This document shows, in pieces, positions 28,321-37,523 of a stretch of 64,000 bases of DNA. The notes below the pieces were generated by a model. It did not search any database and was not told where the DNA came from. It saw only the letters and a list, made by a program, of their open reading frames with translations. Every line of letters begins with the position of its first letter. Positions within the stretch are counted from its first letter, which is position 1. The DNA is from an uncultured Chloroflexia bacterium (GTDB lineage: Bacteria; Chloroflexota; Limnocylindria; QHBO01), in the NCBI GenBank assembly GCA_963827475.1, contig CAWHAZ010000004.1, positions 128,001-192,000 on the forward strand, written 5' to 3'. A program made the position numbers and the translations under genes.

Positions 28321-29661
28321 TCACTCCGAGTAGATCATCTCCCGCACCGCGCTGATCTCGCGCCGCAGCTCGTCGTTGTCCTGCATCTCGCGGTTGATCT
28401 TGTCGCAGGCATGGAGCACGGTGGAGTGGTCGCGCCCGCCGAGCTCGGCGCCGATCCGGAGCAATGAGATATCGGTCTCCTCGCGGATGAGGTACATCGC
28501 GATCTGGCGCGGCACGACGATCGCCTTTTCCCGCTTGCTGCTCCGCAGCTGGTCCAGGTTGACCCCGTAGTAGTCGGCCACCACCCGGACGATCCGCTGC
28601 GGCGTGATCGAGCGCTTGCGCGGGTTGTACATGACGTTTGAGAGGACCGCCGACGCCAGCTCGATGTTGATCGGCGCGCCGCTCATGGAGGCGTAGGCCA
28701 GGACCCGGTTCAGCGCCCCCTCCAGCTCACGGACGTTGCTCACCACCTTGCGAGCGATGAAGTCGATGACCTCCGATGGGATGAGGTGGAGCTGCTCCTC
28801 GGCCTTGGAGCGGAGGATCGCGATCCGGGTCTCGAGGTCCGGCGGGGTCAGGTCGGCGATGAGCCCCATCTCGAACCGCGAGCGAAGCCGCTCCTCGAGG
28901 GTGGTGATCGCCTTCGGTGGGCGGTCCGAGGACAGGACGATCTGCTTGCCGACCTCGTGGATCGCGTTGAACGTATGGAAGAACTCCTCCTGGGTCCGCT
29001 CCCGCTCGGCGATGAACTGGATGTCGTCGATGAGCAGGACGTCGATACGCCGGTATCGGCTCCGGAAGTCCTCCATCTTCTGCTCGCGGATGGAGTTGAT
29101 GAAGTCGTTGGTGAACTTCTCGCTGGTGGCGTACAGGATCCGCTTGCGCGGGAACTTGGCGGCCACCGCATGACCGATGGCGTGCATGAGGTGGGTCTTG
29201 CCCAGCCCCACCCCGCCGTACAGGAACAACGGGTTGTAGGCGTGGCCCGGCCGCTCGGCGACCGACAGGGCGGCGGCATGGGCCAGTCGGTTCGCGCTGC
29301 CGACGATGAAGTTCGAGAACGTGTAGCGGGCGTTGAGGTTGACCGCGTTTCCGCTGGGCGTGGAGGCCGGGACCGGCGTCAGCTCGTCGCTTGACTGCTC
29401 GGGGGCGGGCCCTGGCGCGTCCGCGACCACGAACTCGACGCGGACCGAGCGGCCCACGACCCGGGCCAGGGTCTGGCTGACCAGGGTCCGGTAGCGGTTG
29501 TCGAGCCAGTCACGGGTGAACCCGTTGGGAGCCGAGATGCGGAACAGGTGCTCGTCGATCTCCTCGAGGGAGGTGTCCTTCAGCCACGTCTCGAAGTTGG
29601 CGGCCGAAAGGCTCACCTGCAGCTCGCCGAGGACGGCGCGCCACACCTGCTTCGCATCCAT
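28321..29661 (-). CDS. dnaA: Chromosomal replication initiator DnaA
   Basis: YNPLFLYGGVGLGKTHL, LLIDDIQF, QEEFFHTFN, NVRELEGAL, GGRDHSTVLHA; ATG 29661. Confidence 0.98.
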   Translation of the reverse strand: MDAKQVWRAVLGELQVSLSAANFETWLKDTSLEEIDEHLFRISAPNGFTRDWLDNRYRTLVSQTLARVVGRSVRVEFVVADAPGPAPEQSSDELTPVPASTPSGNAVNLNARYTFSNFIVGSANRLAHAAALSVAERPGHAYNPLFLYGGVGLGKTHLMHAIGHAVAAKFPRKRILYATSEKFTNDFINSIREQKMEDFRSRYRRIDVLLIDDIQFIAERERTQEEFFHTFNAIHEVGKQIVLSSDRPPKAITTLEERLRSRFEMGLIADLTPPDLETRIAILRSKAEEQLHLIPSEVIDFIARKVVSNVRELEGALNRVLAYASMSGAPINIELASAVLSNVMYNPRKRSITPQRIVRVVADYYGVNLDQLRSSKREKAIVVPRQIAMYLIREETDISLLRIGAELGGRDHSTVLHACDKINREMQDNDELRREISAVREMIYSE

Positions 29662-29955
29662 TTCGACAGACGCCTCCAGGCCGGCCAAGCGAGTGCCAGG
29701 ACCGGGCGAAATCCAAGATTCTGGTGCTCCTCCGGGGCGGGCACGGCCCGTGGGCTGGGCGTCTGGCTCCGGGGGTCGGCGTAGTCTACGCCACCCCGAT
29801 GGGCAGGGCAACGATTCTTGGCCGCGTGGGTTAGAATCGCCGCCACGCGACGCCCAACCGCCAACGTTGCACCGAAGAGGCTGGCGAAGAGCCAGCCTCA
29901 CGCATGTTCCGCGGACCGGCGCCGCTCTGGCTGAACAGAGGGTGAGCCCACGACG

Positions 29956-30090
29956 ATGAAACGGACCTATCAGCCCAAGAAGCGCGCCCGGAAGCGGAAT
30001 CACGGCTTTCGCGCCCGCATGGCTTCCAAGGGCGGTCGTCGCGTGCTGGCCCGCCGCCGGGCGAAGGGGCGCAGCCGGCTGAGCGCCTGA
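29956..30090 (+). CDS. rpmH: 50S ribosomal protein L34
   Basis: [22 protein letters not shown]...[12 protein letters not shown] read directly (below ORF-track cutoff). Confidence 0.97.
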   Translation: MKRTYQPKKRARKRNHGFRARMASKGGRRVLARRRAKGRSRLSA

Positions 30091-30107
30091 TCCCGGAGGC
30101 CACGCCC

Positions 30108-30446
30108 ATGCCGGCCTTCCCGACGCTTCGTCGCCGGGCCGACTTCGAGGCGGTGGTGCGCTCCGGGAGCGTCAGCGCCACTCGGCTGCTCGTCCTGCGG
30201 GCCCGACGAACGGAAGGGCCGACGACCCGTATCGGCCTGGCAACACCGGCCTCCCTGGGAGGGGCCGTCGAACGGAATCGAGTACGACGCCGCATGCGTG
30301 AGCTGGTCCGGGCGCGCCACGGCGAGATGGGAGCGGGCTGGGACCTGCTGGTGATCATGAAACCTGCGGCTGCCGCCGCGACGTTTGCCGAGCTGGGCGC
30401 CGCCCTGGACGCGGCGCTGGCCCGTGCCGGGGTCTCCGGGGAGTGA
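30108..30446 (+). CDS. rnpA: Ribonuclease P protein component
   Basis: [28 protein letters not shown] motif. Confidence 0.93.
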   Translation: MPAFPTLRRRADFEAVVRSGSVSATRLLVLRARRTEGPTTRIGLATPASLGGAVERNRVRRRMRELVRARHGEMGAGWDLLVIMKPAAAAATFAELGAALDAALARAGVSGE

Positions 30447-30450
30447 CCGC

Positions 30451-30657
30451 GTGCGGATGATCGGCCTCGGGCTGATCCGGGCGTACCAGGTGCTCACCTT
30501 CTGGATGCCGCCCACCTGCCGCTACACCCCTTCGTGCTCGGCCTACACCTACCAGGCGATCGAGCGCTACGGCTTCTTCCGGGGCTCGTGGATGGGCGCC
30601 AAGCGGATCGCTCGCTGCCATCCCCTCCACCCCGGCGGCTACGACCCGGTTCGCTAG
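30451..30657 (+). CDS. yidD: Membrane protein insertion efficiency factor YidD
   Basis: [10 protein letters not shown]...[16 protein letters not shown]. Confidence 0.95.
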   Translation: MRMIGLGLIRAYQVLTFWMPPTCRYTPSCSAYTYQAIERYGFFRGSWMGAKRIARCHPLHPGGYDPVR

Positions 30658-30669
30658 GAACCGCCGCCC

Positions 30670-31767
30670 ATGTTTGGCATCGAGTCGTTCAACCCGCCGT
30701 GGGACGTCATCTTCCTTCCCCTGTTCAACGCGCTGATCGGGCTGTACGAGCTCCTCTTCGACGACCTCGCCCTGGCGATCATCGTCCTCACCATCATCAT
30801 CCGCACGCTGCTGGCGCCGTTGTTCATCCGCCAGATCCGCTCGCAGAAGGAGATGCAGCGGATGTCGCCGCTGGTCAAAGAGATCCAGCGGAAGCACAAG
30901 GGCAACCAACGAAAGATCAGCGAGGAGACGGCCGCCCTCTACCGCGAGCACAACGTGAACATGTTCGGCGGGTGCCTGCCGCTCGTCCTCCAGCTGCCCA
31001 TCCTGTTCGCCCTGTACCAGGCCCTGACCCGGGCCTCCAGCATCATCACCTTCCAGCCGAGCGAGGAGCAGCAGGCCAGCTTCACGACTTTCCTGGACGC
31101 CACCCCCGCGATCGAGCCGCTGGGCAACAACATGTACCAGATCCCGATCGACGGCTCATGCGCCGTCCCATCGGACTTCCAGCAGTTCCTGCCACTGAAC
31201 TGCCAGCTCATCACCCCGTTGAAGCTCGACGCGCCGGTGGACACCGTCGTCGAGTGGCTGACCAACCCGTTCACCGGCGTATCGCTGAACCTGGCGACCG
31301 TGGACCAGGCGTTCTCGATCTTCCTGTTCGGCAGCTTCGCCATCTCGATGCTGGCGGTGATCGCCGGCATCCTCCAGTTCGTCCAGGTTCGGATGACGTC
31401 GCCACGGAACATGGGCGACGATCCGACCGCCGCCACCACCCAGACCATGACCTACCTGTTCCCGATCATGACCGTGGTCTGGGGCGGCATCTTCCCCAGC
31501 GGCCTGGTCCTGTACTGGGGCGTGTACACCGCCTACCTGATCATCCAGCAGTACCTGATCATGGGCTGGGGCAATCTCTTCCCGCTCTTCGGCTGGCAGC
31601 CGAGATGGGCGCCGGCACCCGACGCCGGTGACCTCGCTGCGACTCGGCCGAAGAGCCCCACACCACCTCCGACCAATGGAAGTCCGACGACGCCCGAGCC
31701 CGCCCGGCCCGGTGGTCAGCGACGCTCCGGTCGGCGACGACGCGGCCGGGAGGGCCGAAGACGATGA
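30670..31767 (+). CDS. yidC: Membrane protein insertase YidC
   Basis: AIIVLTIIIR, GCLPLVLQLPILFALY, PSGLVLYW; position in the rpmH operon. Confidence 0.95.
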   Translation: MFGIESFNPPWDVIFLPLFNALIGLYELLFDDLALAIIVLTIIIRTLLAPLFIRQIRSQKEMQRMSPLVKEIQRKHKGNQRKISEETAALYREHNVNMFGGCLPLVLQLPILFALYQALTRASSIITFQPSEEQQASFTTFLDATPAIEPLGNNMYQIPIDGSCAVPSDFQQFLPLNCQLITPLKLDAPVDTVVEWLTNPFTGVSLNLATVDQAFSIFLFGSFAISMLAVIAGILQFVQVRMTSPRNMGDDPTAATTQTMTYLFPIMTVVWGGIFPSGLVLYWGVYTAYLIIQQYLIMGWGNLFPLFGWQPRWAPAPDAGDLAATRPKSPTPPPTNGSPTTPEPARPGGQRRSGRRRRGREGRRR

Positions 31768-32768
31768 CCTTCAAGGAATTTTCCGGTAAGAACGTCGAGG
31801 AAGCGATCCGCGCCGCCATGAAAGAGTTCGGCGCGGACCTGGGCGACCTCGACATCGAGATCCTGTCCCAGGGCAGCCGCGGCATCCTGGGCGTGGGCAC
31901 TGACGAGGCTCGGATCCTCGCTGCCCCCAAATCCGCGGTGGCCGAGGCGACCAGCGTGCGGGCTGACGCTCCGCCCGAGCCCGCAGCCGAGCCCGCAGCC
32001 GAGCCCGCAGCCGAGCTCCGCGAGGAGACACCCGCGGATACCGATGTGGAGCCCACGGCGGCAGGGCTCGAGGAGGCCGATGACGGTGGCCTGACCCCGG
32101 TCATGGCCGATGAGGCGGCCGCCCCGCCCCGAAGCTCGTCCCGTGGCCGTGGCCGTGGCCGCGAGTCGAGCGGCGCGTCGACGCGTTCATCGCGCGAGGG
32201 GCGACCGCCCCGGGAGCGACGGCCGTCAGAAGCCCGCAACGGCGACACGCGCCCGGAGCCGCGCCCGTTCGTCCCGGCCAAGCCGATGGACGAGCTGTCC
32301 GAGTCCGAGCGGGCGACCCTCGACGAGGCCAAGTCCGTCCTCGAGGAGCTGCTTCGCCTCATGGAGCTGCCCGGCACCGTCGAGGTCGCCATGGGCACAG
32401 AGGCGGCGAAGCTCAACGTGGTGGGCGATGACCTCGGGGTCCTCATCGGCCGGCGTGGCGAGAAGCTGGCGAGCCTCCAGCACATCGTCAACCTCATCGT
32501 CGCCCGCCGCGAGGGACAGCTGAACCGGATCATGGTCGACGTCGAGAACTACCGCGGCCGGCGCGAGGACCAGCTCCGGGACGTCGCCGACCGCGCCGCC
32601 CAGCGCGTCGCCCAGAGCGGCAAGATCATCCAGCTCGAGGCCATGCCGGCCATGGAGCGGCGGATCGTCCATCTCGCCCTCTCCGAGCACGACACGGTGC
32701 GGACGCAGAGCGTGGGCGTCGAACCGAACCGCCGCGTGGTCATCCTGCCCGCCAACAAGGTCGGGTAG
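31764..32768 (+). CDS. jag: RNA-binding protein Jag/KhpB (EloR)
   Basis: Jag_N (GKNVEEAI), KH (LIGRRGEKLASLQ), R3H (ERRIVH). Confidence 0.93.
   Translation: MTFKEFSGKNVEEAIRAAMKEFGADLGDLDIEILSQGSRGILGVGTDEARILAAPKSAVAEATSVRADAPPEPAAEPAAEPAAELREETPADTDVEPTAAGLEEADDGGLTPVMADEAAAPPRSSSRGRGRGRESSGASTRSSREGRPPRERRPSEARNGDTRPEPRPFVPAKPMDELSESERATLDEAKSVLEELLRLMELPGTVEVAMGTEAAKLNVVGDDLGVLIGRRGEKLASLQHIVNLIVARREGQLNRIMVDVENYRGRREDQLRDVADRAAQRVAQSGKIIQLEAMPAMERRIVHLALSEHDTVRTQSVGVEPNRRVVILPANKVG
31975..32016 (+). repeat. Coding 12-bp tandem repeat (CCGAGCCCGCAG x3.5) in the Jag linker
   Basis: Encodes EPAAEPAAEPAAE. Confidence 0.8.
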
Positions 32769-32784
32769 GACCGGGCCCGGCTCC

Positions 32785-33234
32785 ATGTCCCGCTCCGCCA
32801 CGCCGGCGGAGGGCGGCGGTCCGGTCCATGCCATCGGCCGCCTCGGCCCGGAGGGGCCGTGGATCGGCTTCGCGCGGAGGGCGGGCGGCCACCACCTGGT
32901 CTTCGGCCGCCCCGATGGCTTGGTGGCGACCGATCCGACCACCGATCCCGGTGAACGTCGCGCCGGGCTGGTGGCGGCCGCCGTCTCGTTCTACCTCGGC
33001 ACGCTCTCGGACCCTCCCGCGGAGCTGGAGACCACCCAGGCTGACATTGCCGCTCTCGTCTCCGAGCTCGCCTCCGGCGACGTCGACGACGCCACGGCGT
33101 GGCGGGAAGCGCTCGACGCCATCGACGACGGGCTCCCGGCGGAGGCGGTCGCGCTCCGCCTCCAGCGGCTGCTGCCGGCGGGGGCGGACGCGCTGACGAT
33201 CCTCCGCGCCCGAGCGCGGTCGGCGACTCGCTGA
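32785..33234 (+). CDS. Hypothetical protein
   Basis: 149-aa ORF, GC3-rich codons, AGGA RBS, co-oriented after jag. Confidence 0.65.
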   Translation: MSRSATPAEGGGPVHAIGRLGPEGPWIGFARRAGGHHLVFGRPDGLVATDPTTDPGERRAGLVAAAVSFYLGTLSDPPAELETTQADIAALVSELASGDVDDATAWREALDAIDDGLPAEAVALRLQRLLPAGADALTILRARARSATR

Positions 33235-33302
33235 GGCGATCAGGCCGAGGGCGGGTCCAAGGGCGGTTCGGCGGGCGGCGTGGGCCCGCATGGGAGGGGG
33301 AA

Positions 33303-33660
33303 TGGTGGAGATGGGGGAGAATCGAACTCCCCGTCCAAGACCGAGTTGCCGGGTCTCACTACGAGCGTGTCCGGCTTACTTGGGTTTCGGGCCACGGGCC
33401 CCCAACCGGCGGGGTGCTCCGCGTCCTATCCGGCCGCCTTTCGGCTCTTTGTCACCGCTCACCGGAGTCGGCGGTGCCGCATCTCCCCTGATGACATCTT
33501 CGCCGCCCGGGGAGAGGGGACGGCGTCGATGCTCACTGACTAGGCAGCGAGAGCAAACTGACGGTTGCCAGTTGCGGCTTGCCCGCGGTTTTACGAGGCC
33601 TGCGGGCGACCTCGGCTCGCGATTCCCGGTTCCTGGGCCCTGTCGAAACCTGACATCCCC
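33303..33660 (-). ncRNA. ssrA: tmRNA, tag peptide probably (A)GNRQFALAA
   Basis: 5' GGGGATG..TTCGAC; 3' TTCGATT T-loop and CATCTCCACCA acceptor with G3-U; internal GGC AAC CGT CAG TTT GCT CTC GCT GCC TAG; directly after smpB. Confidence 0.95.
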
Positions 33661-33744
33661 ACGAACCGCCGGCGTGATTCCGGCCCCTCAAGGATACCAA
33701 ACGGCCCATCGGATCTCGAAACCCGAGCCCGTCCGGGCACCCGG

Positions 33745-34203
33745 TCAGAGCTTGACCCGGACCTTCGACTCCCGTTCCAGCTGACGACGCGCGTCCCGCT
33801 CGGCGATGACCCGCCGCTTGTCGTGTGTCTTTCGCCCACGGGCCAGGCCGAGCTCGATCTTCGCCAGGCCATCGCGCAGGTACAGCCGGAGCGGGACGAG
33901 GGTGTAGCCCTTGGCCTGGGTCTTCCCCACCAGCTCCGAGATCTGGTCGCGGTGGAGGAGGAGCTTGCGGGTGCGGGTCGGCTCGTGGTTGAAGCGGTTC
34001 GCCTGCTCGTACAGCGCGATGTGCGCGCCGATGAGCCAGGCCTCGCCGCGCTCGATCCGCGCATACGCCTCGGCCAGGTTGGCGCGACCCGCGCGGATGC
34101 TCTTGATCTCGGACCCGGTCAGGACGAGCCCGGCCTCAACCGTCTCCTCGACGCTGTACTCGTGGCGGGCGCGGCGGTTGAGCGCGACCGTGTGCTCACC
34201 CAT
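33745..34203 (-). CDS. smpB: SsrA-binding protein
   Basis: [37 protein letters not shown]. Confidence 0.98.
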   Translation of the reverse strand: MGEHTVALNRRARHEYSVEETVEAGLVLTGSEIKSIRAGRANLAEAYARIERGEAWLIGAHIALYEQANRFNHEPTRTRKLLLHRDQISELVGKTQAKGYTLVPLRLYLRDGLAKIELGLARGRKTHDKRRVIAERDARRQLERESKVRVKL

Positions 34204-34227
34204 CAGTTTCGTCCCATCATCGGTCTG

Positions 34228-34257
34228 AATGAAAGAGCCGGCCTCGCGGCCGGCTCT
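34228..34257 (-). terminator. Terminator-like hairpin immediately upstream of smpB
   Basis: 10-bp stem AGAGCCGGCC/GGCCGGCTCT with GCGA tetraloop, then TTCATTC on the minus strand. Confidence 0.65.
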
Positions 34258-34282
34258 CGTTCGCTACCACGCGAAGGCTGTG

Positions 34283-34324
34283 TCAGTGCACCGCCTCGGT
34301 GGTGGCGCGCTTGGAACTATCCAT
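34283..34324 (-). CDS. Putative 13-aa micro-ORF MDSSKRATTEAVH inside a structured RNA
   Basis: Near-perfect SD AAAGGAGGTG (34342-34333) 8 nt before ATG; extended -10 TGCTAGCAT at 34362-34354. Confidence 0.5.
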   Translation of the reverse strand: MDSSKRATTEAVH

Positions 34325-34356
34325 CTGCACACCACCTCCTTTCGTGGCCGCGGATG

Positions 34357-35800
34357 CTAGCACGCGTACCGCGAGGCCCACAAGCCGGTTTCCGGTGCCC
34401 AGCCCACCACCGACAGGCCGGCCGGCCAGGCACCGCTGGCGGCGACCGGCTTTGCCGGCGCGCCGGGCGCCCCTGCTGCTTCAGCCACGGTCGCCAGGTA
34501 GGCAAGCGCCTCGTCGAGGACCGGGTCCTCGTCTGGCGGGGTCCCCTCCGGAATGGCCACCGTGATGTCCGGCTGCACGCCGTCGGGGGCGACGCTGTTG
34601 TGATCCGGGGTGAACCAGCGCGAGATCGTGATCCGGACGCCGCCACCGTTCACCAGCTCGTCCCAGATCTGCACCGTGTTCTTGCCGAACGTCGGTTCGC
34701 CGATGAGGGTCGCTCGGTCGTGTCTCGAGGAGCGCCGCGGCGACGATCTCGGACGCCGATGCCGAGCCGCCGTTGATCAGGACGACCACCTCGATCGCCG
34801 AGTCGGTGGCGTGCCCGTCGCCGGTCGCCTCCCAATCGATCACTTCGTCGCCGGATCCCTCCTGGGTGAACAGCAGGCCCTCCTCGACGAACTCCGAGGC
34901 GATGTCGCGAGCGGCGGTGATGTAGCCGCCGGGGTTGTCCCGCAGGTCGAACACGATCTGGTCGGCACCCGCGTCGAGCAGGTCGCCGAGCTGCTCGCCG
35001 AACTGGGCAGGCGAGTCCGTGCTGAAGCCATGCAGCGCGATGTACCCGACGTGCCCGTCCAGCAGCTCGCTCTCGACCTCGACCACGACGATCTCGGCCC
35101 GGGTGATGGTCAGGTCGAACACCTCGCCGTCGCGCTCGATGGTGAGGGTGACGTCGGTTCCTTCCGGGCCGCGGACCTCCGACACCTCGTCCTGGATCGT
35201 GCTCCCCTCCACGCTCTCTCCGTCAACCGCCAGGATGACGTCCCCCGACTGCACCCCGGCCGCCTCTGCCGGTGAGCCCTCGATCGGGGCCACGACCACC
35301 AGCACGCACGTGTCCGACAGGGTCGCGCAGGCCTCGAGGTCGTCGGGGTTCTCGGTGTTCTCCACGGCGAGCTCCGCGCCGATCCCGCTGAAGGTCCCCG
35401 ACAGGTCGCCGAGCGAATTCTGGTACTCCTCGGCATTCATGTAGCCGCTGTATGGGTCGGCCACCCCGTACTGGAACATCCCCTCCAGCGCGCCCTCGAC
35501 CAGCTGGTCGTCGTCGAGCTCGTCGACGTACTCGGCCTGGAGCTTGTCGTAGGCCTCGCAGAAGGCCTCGAACGCCTCGCTGGGCGCTGCGCACGAACTG
35601 CTGCCACCACCACCGCCTCCACCGGCGGCGAGATAGCCGCCAATGAACAGGCTGGTCCCGAGCAGCGCCGCCAGGGCGAAGAGCACCGCGTAGCGTATCG
35701 ACCGGCCGATCGTTGACCGGCCGTTCGTCGCGACGGGAGCCTGGGTCGGGACGGGCGGAGAATCGGTTTCGGGCAGGCCCGAAGGTGTGGTGTCGTCCAT
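34357..35800 (-). CDS. ctpA: C-terminal processing protease (S41, PDZ); apparent +1 frameshift near 34720
   Basis: DPYSGYM, FSGIG, GSPAEAAG, DLRDNPGG, SASASEIVA, then FGKNTVQ...TISRWFTP, GVQPD in the shifted frame. Confidence 0.9.
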
Positions 35801-35874
35801 CTGGGGGGCGGGAGTGTAGCACCGGTCAGATCAAGGCCCGGTTTCGGCCAGATGCCGTTCTCGTAACCGGCGGC

Positions 35875-36768
35875 TCAGGCTCCCGACGCGAGGTGGGCGC
35901 GAACGCTGATCCAGCTGCCGAGCATGCCGACGGTCAGGCCGACCGACACGATGAGCACCGCGACCACGGTGTAGAACTGCGCCCCAACCGCGGTCGGCAT
36001 CTGGAAGATCTCGACCATGAGCGGCTGGATCGGTCCCCAGATCAGTGCCACCAGGAGGATGGTGACCACCGCGCCCAGCAGGCCGCAGAGCATGCCCTCG
36101 ACGATGAACGGCCAGCGGATGAACGCGTCGCTGGCCCCGACCAGTCGCATGATCTCGATCTCGCGGCTCCGCGAGAAGACCGCGATCCGGATCGTGTTCA
36201 CGATCATGAAGACCACCGTCAGGCCCACGAGGACCATGGCCGACAGCCCGGCCAGGCGGACGACGTTGGTCACGCCCAGCAGCTTGTCGTACTGCTCCTG
36301 GCGGGTGGTGATGACCTCCACCTCCTCGCGTTCGCGGAGCGCATCTCCGACCGATGCGGCGGCGGAGGGATCGATCAGGGCGACCTCGATGCTCGAGTAC
36401 AGGCTGATCTCCGCCCCGCCGGTGTCGAGGATCTGCCCGCGATCGGCGTACTCCTCCTCGAGGCGGTCCATCGCCATCTCGGGCGACACGTACTCGACCG
36501 ACTCCACCCCGGGCAGCGCGCTGACGTCGGCGACCAGGGCGAGGATTTCCCACCCCTCGAGCCCGTCGACCAGGCGGGCGGTGACCCCGACCTTGCTCTC
36601 GATGTAGTTCAGCCCCGAGTTCAGGCCGGCCAGCACGATGGCGAGGCCCGACAGCAGAACCAGCATGAGGATGACCGTCGCGGTGGCGGCGAGGCTCATC
36701 ATCCGGTTGCGCCAGAATCCCTGGCCGGCGCGGACCATGGTGAAGCCGAGGAATCTCAGGAAGGCCAT
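35875..36768 (-). CDS. ftsX: Cell division permease FtsX
   Basis: RNRMMS, NTIRIAVFSRSREIEIMRLVGA, FIRWPFIVEG. Confidence 0.95.
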   Translation of the reverse strand: MAFLRFLGFTMVRAGQGFWRNRMMSLAATATVILMLVLLSGLAIVLAGLNSGLNYIESKVGVTARLVDGLEGWEILALVADVSALPGVESVEYVSPEMAMDRLEEEYADRGQILDTGGAEISLYSSIEVALIDPSAAASVGDALREREEVEVITTRQEQYDKLLGVTNVVRLAGLSAMVLVGLTVVFMIVNTIRIAVFSRSREIEIMRLVGASDAFIRWPFIVEGMLCGLLGAVVTILLVALIWGPIQPLMVEIFQMPTAVGAQFYTVVAVLIVSVGLTVGMLGSWISVRAHLASGA

Positions 36769-36806
36769 GTCGCGCGCCATCCTACCCGGGCGACGCAAGG
36801 CCTCGG

Positions 36807-37523
36807 CTACGAGCGGCGGTAGGCGGCCCCCAGCTCGTCGCGGACGATGCGGCCATCCTCCAGGGCCACGACCCGTCGGCGGAGGGCGGTCACGATCTCC
36901 TGGTTGTGGGTGGCCATGACCAGGGTCGTGCCCAGCGCGTTGATCTCGAGCAGGAGCTGGACGATCTCCCAGCCGGTGACCGGGTCGAGGTTTCCGGTCG
37001 GCTCGTCGGCGATGAGGATCGCGGGGTCGTGGACGAGGGCGCGGGCGATCGCCGCCCGCTGCTGCTCGCCGCCGGACAGCTGGGCCGGCAGCTGCTCCGA
37101 CTGGCCCTCGAGGCCGACGAGGGACAGGAGGCGCGGGACGCGGTGGCGGATCTCGCTCAGCGGGGCGCCGGTCACCTCCAGCGCGAACGCCACGTTCTCG
37201 CGCACCGTCTTGTTCGGCAGCAGCCGGAAATCCTGGAACACGACGCCGATCCGTCGACGGATGCGGTGGACCTGGGCCCGGCTGATGCGGGCCACGTCTC
37301 GGCCGGCGAGGTACACCCGGCCGTGGGTCGCGACCTGCTCACGGACGAGCAGCCGGATGAGCGTGGACTTCCCCGCTCCAGACGGGCCGACGAGGAAGAT
37401 GAAGTCGCCGCGGCCGACCTCGAGATCGACGTTGGTCAGCGCCGTCTTGCCGTTGGGGTAGGTGACGGCGACGTCGACCAGTCGGATGATCGGGTCGCTG
37501 GCGGTGGCCACCGATGCGCTCAT
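36807..37523 (-). CDS. ftsE: Cell division ATPase FtsE
   Basis: [41 protein letters not shown]. Confidence 0.96.
   Translation of the reverse strand: MSASVATASDPIIRLVDVAVTYPNGKTALTNVDLEVGRGDFIFLVGPSGAGKSTLIRLLVREQVATHGRVYLAGRDVARISRAQVHRIRRRIGVVFQDFRLLPNKTVRENVAFALEVTGAPLSEIRHRVPRLLSLVGLEGQSEQLPAQLSGGEQQRAAIARALVHDPAILIADEPTGNLDPVTGWEIVQLLLEINALGTTLVMATHNQEIVTALRRRVVALEDGRIVRDELGAAYRRS

Noticed and set aside
33234-33303. Integrative element at the tmRNA 3' end
   Set aside because: No integrase, no duplicated 3' end and no compositional shift nearby
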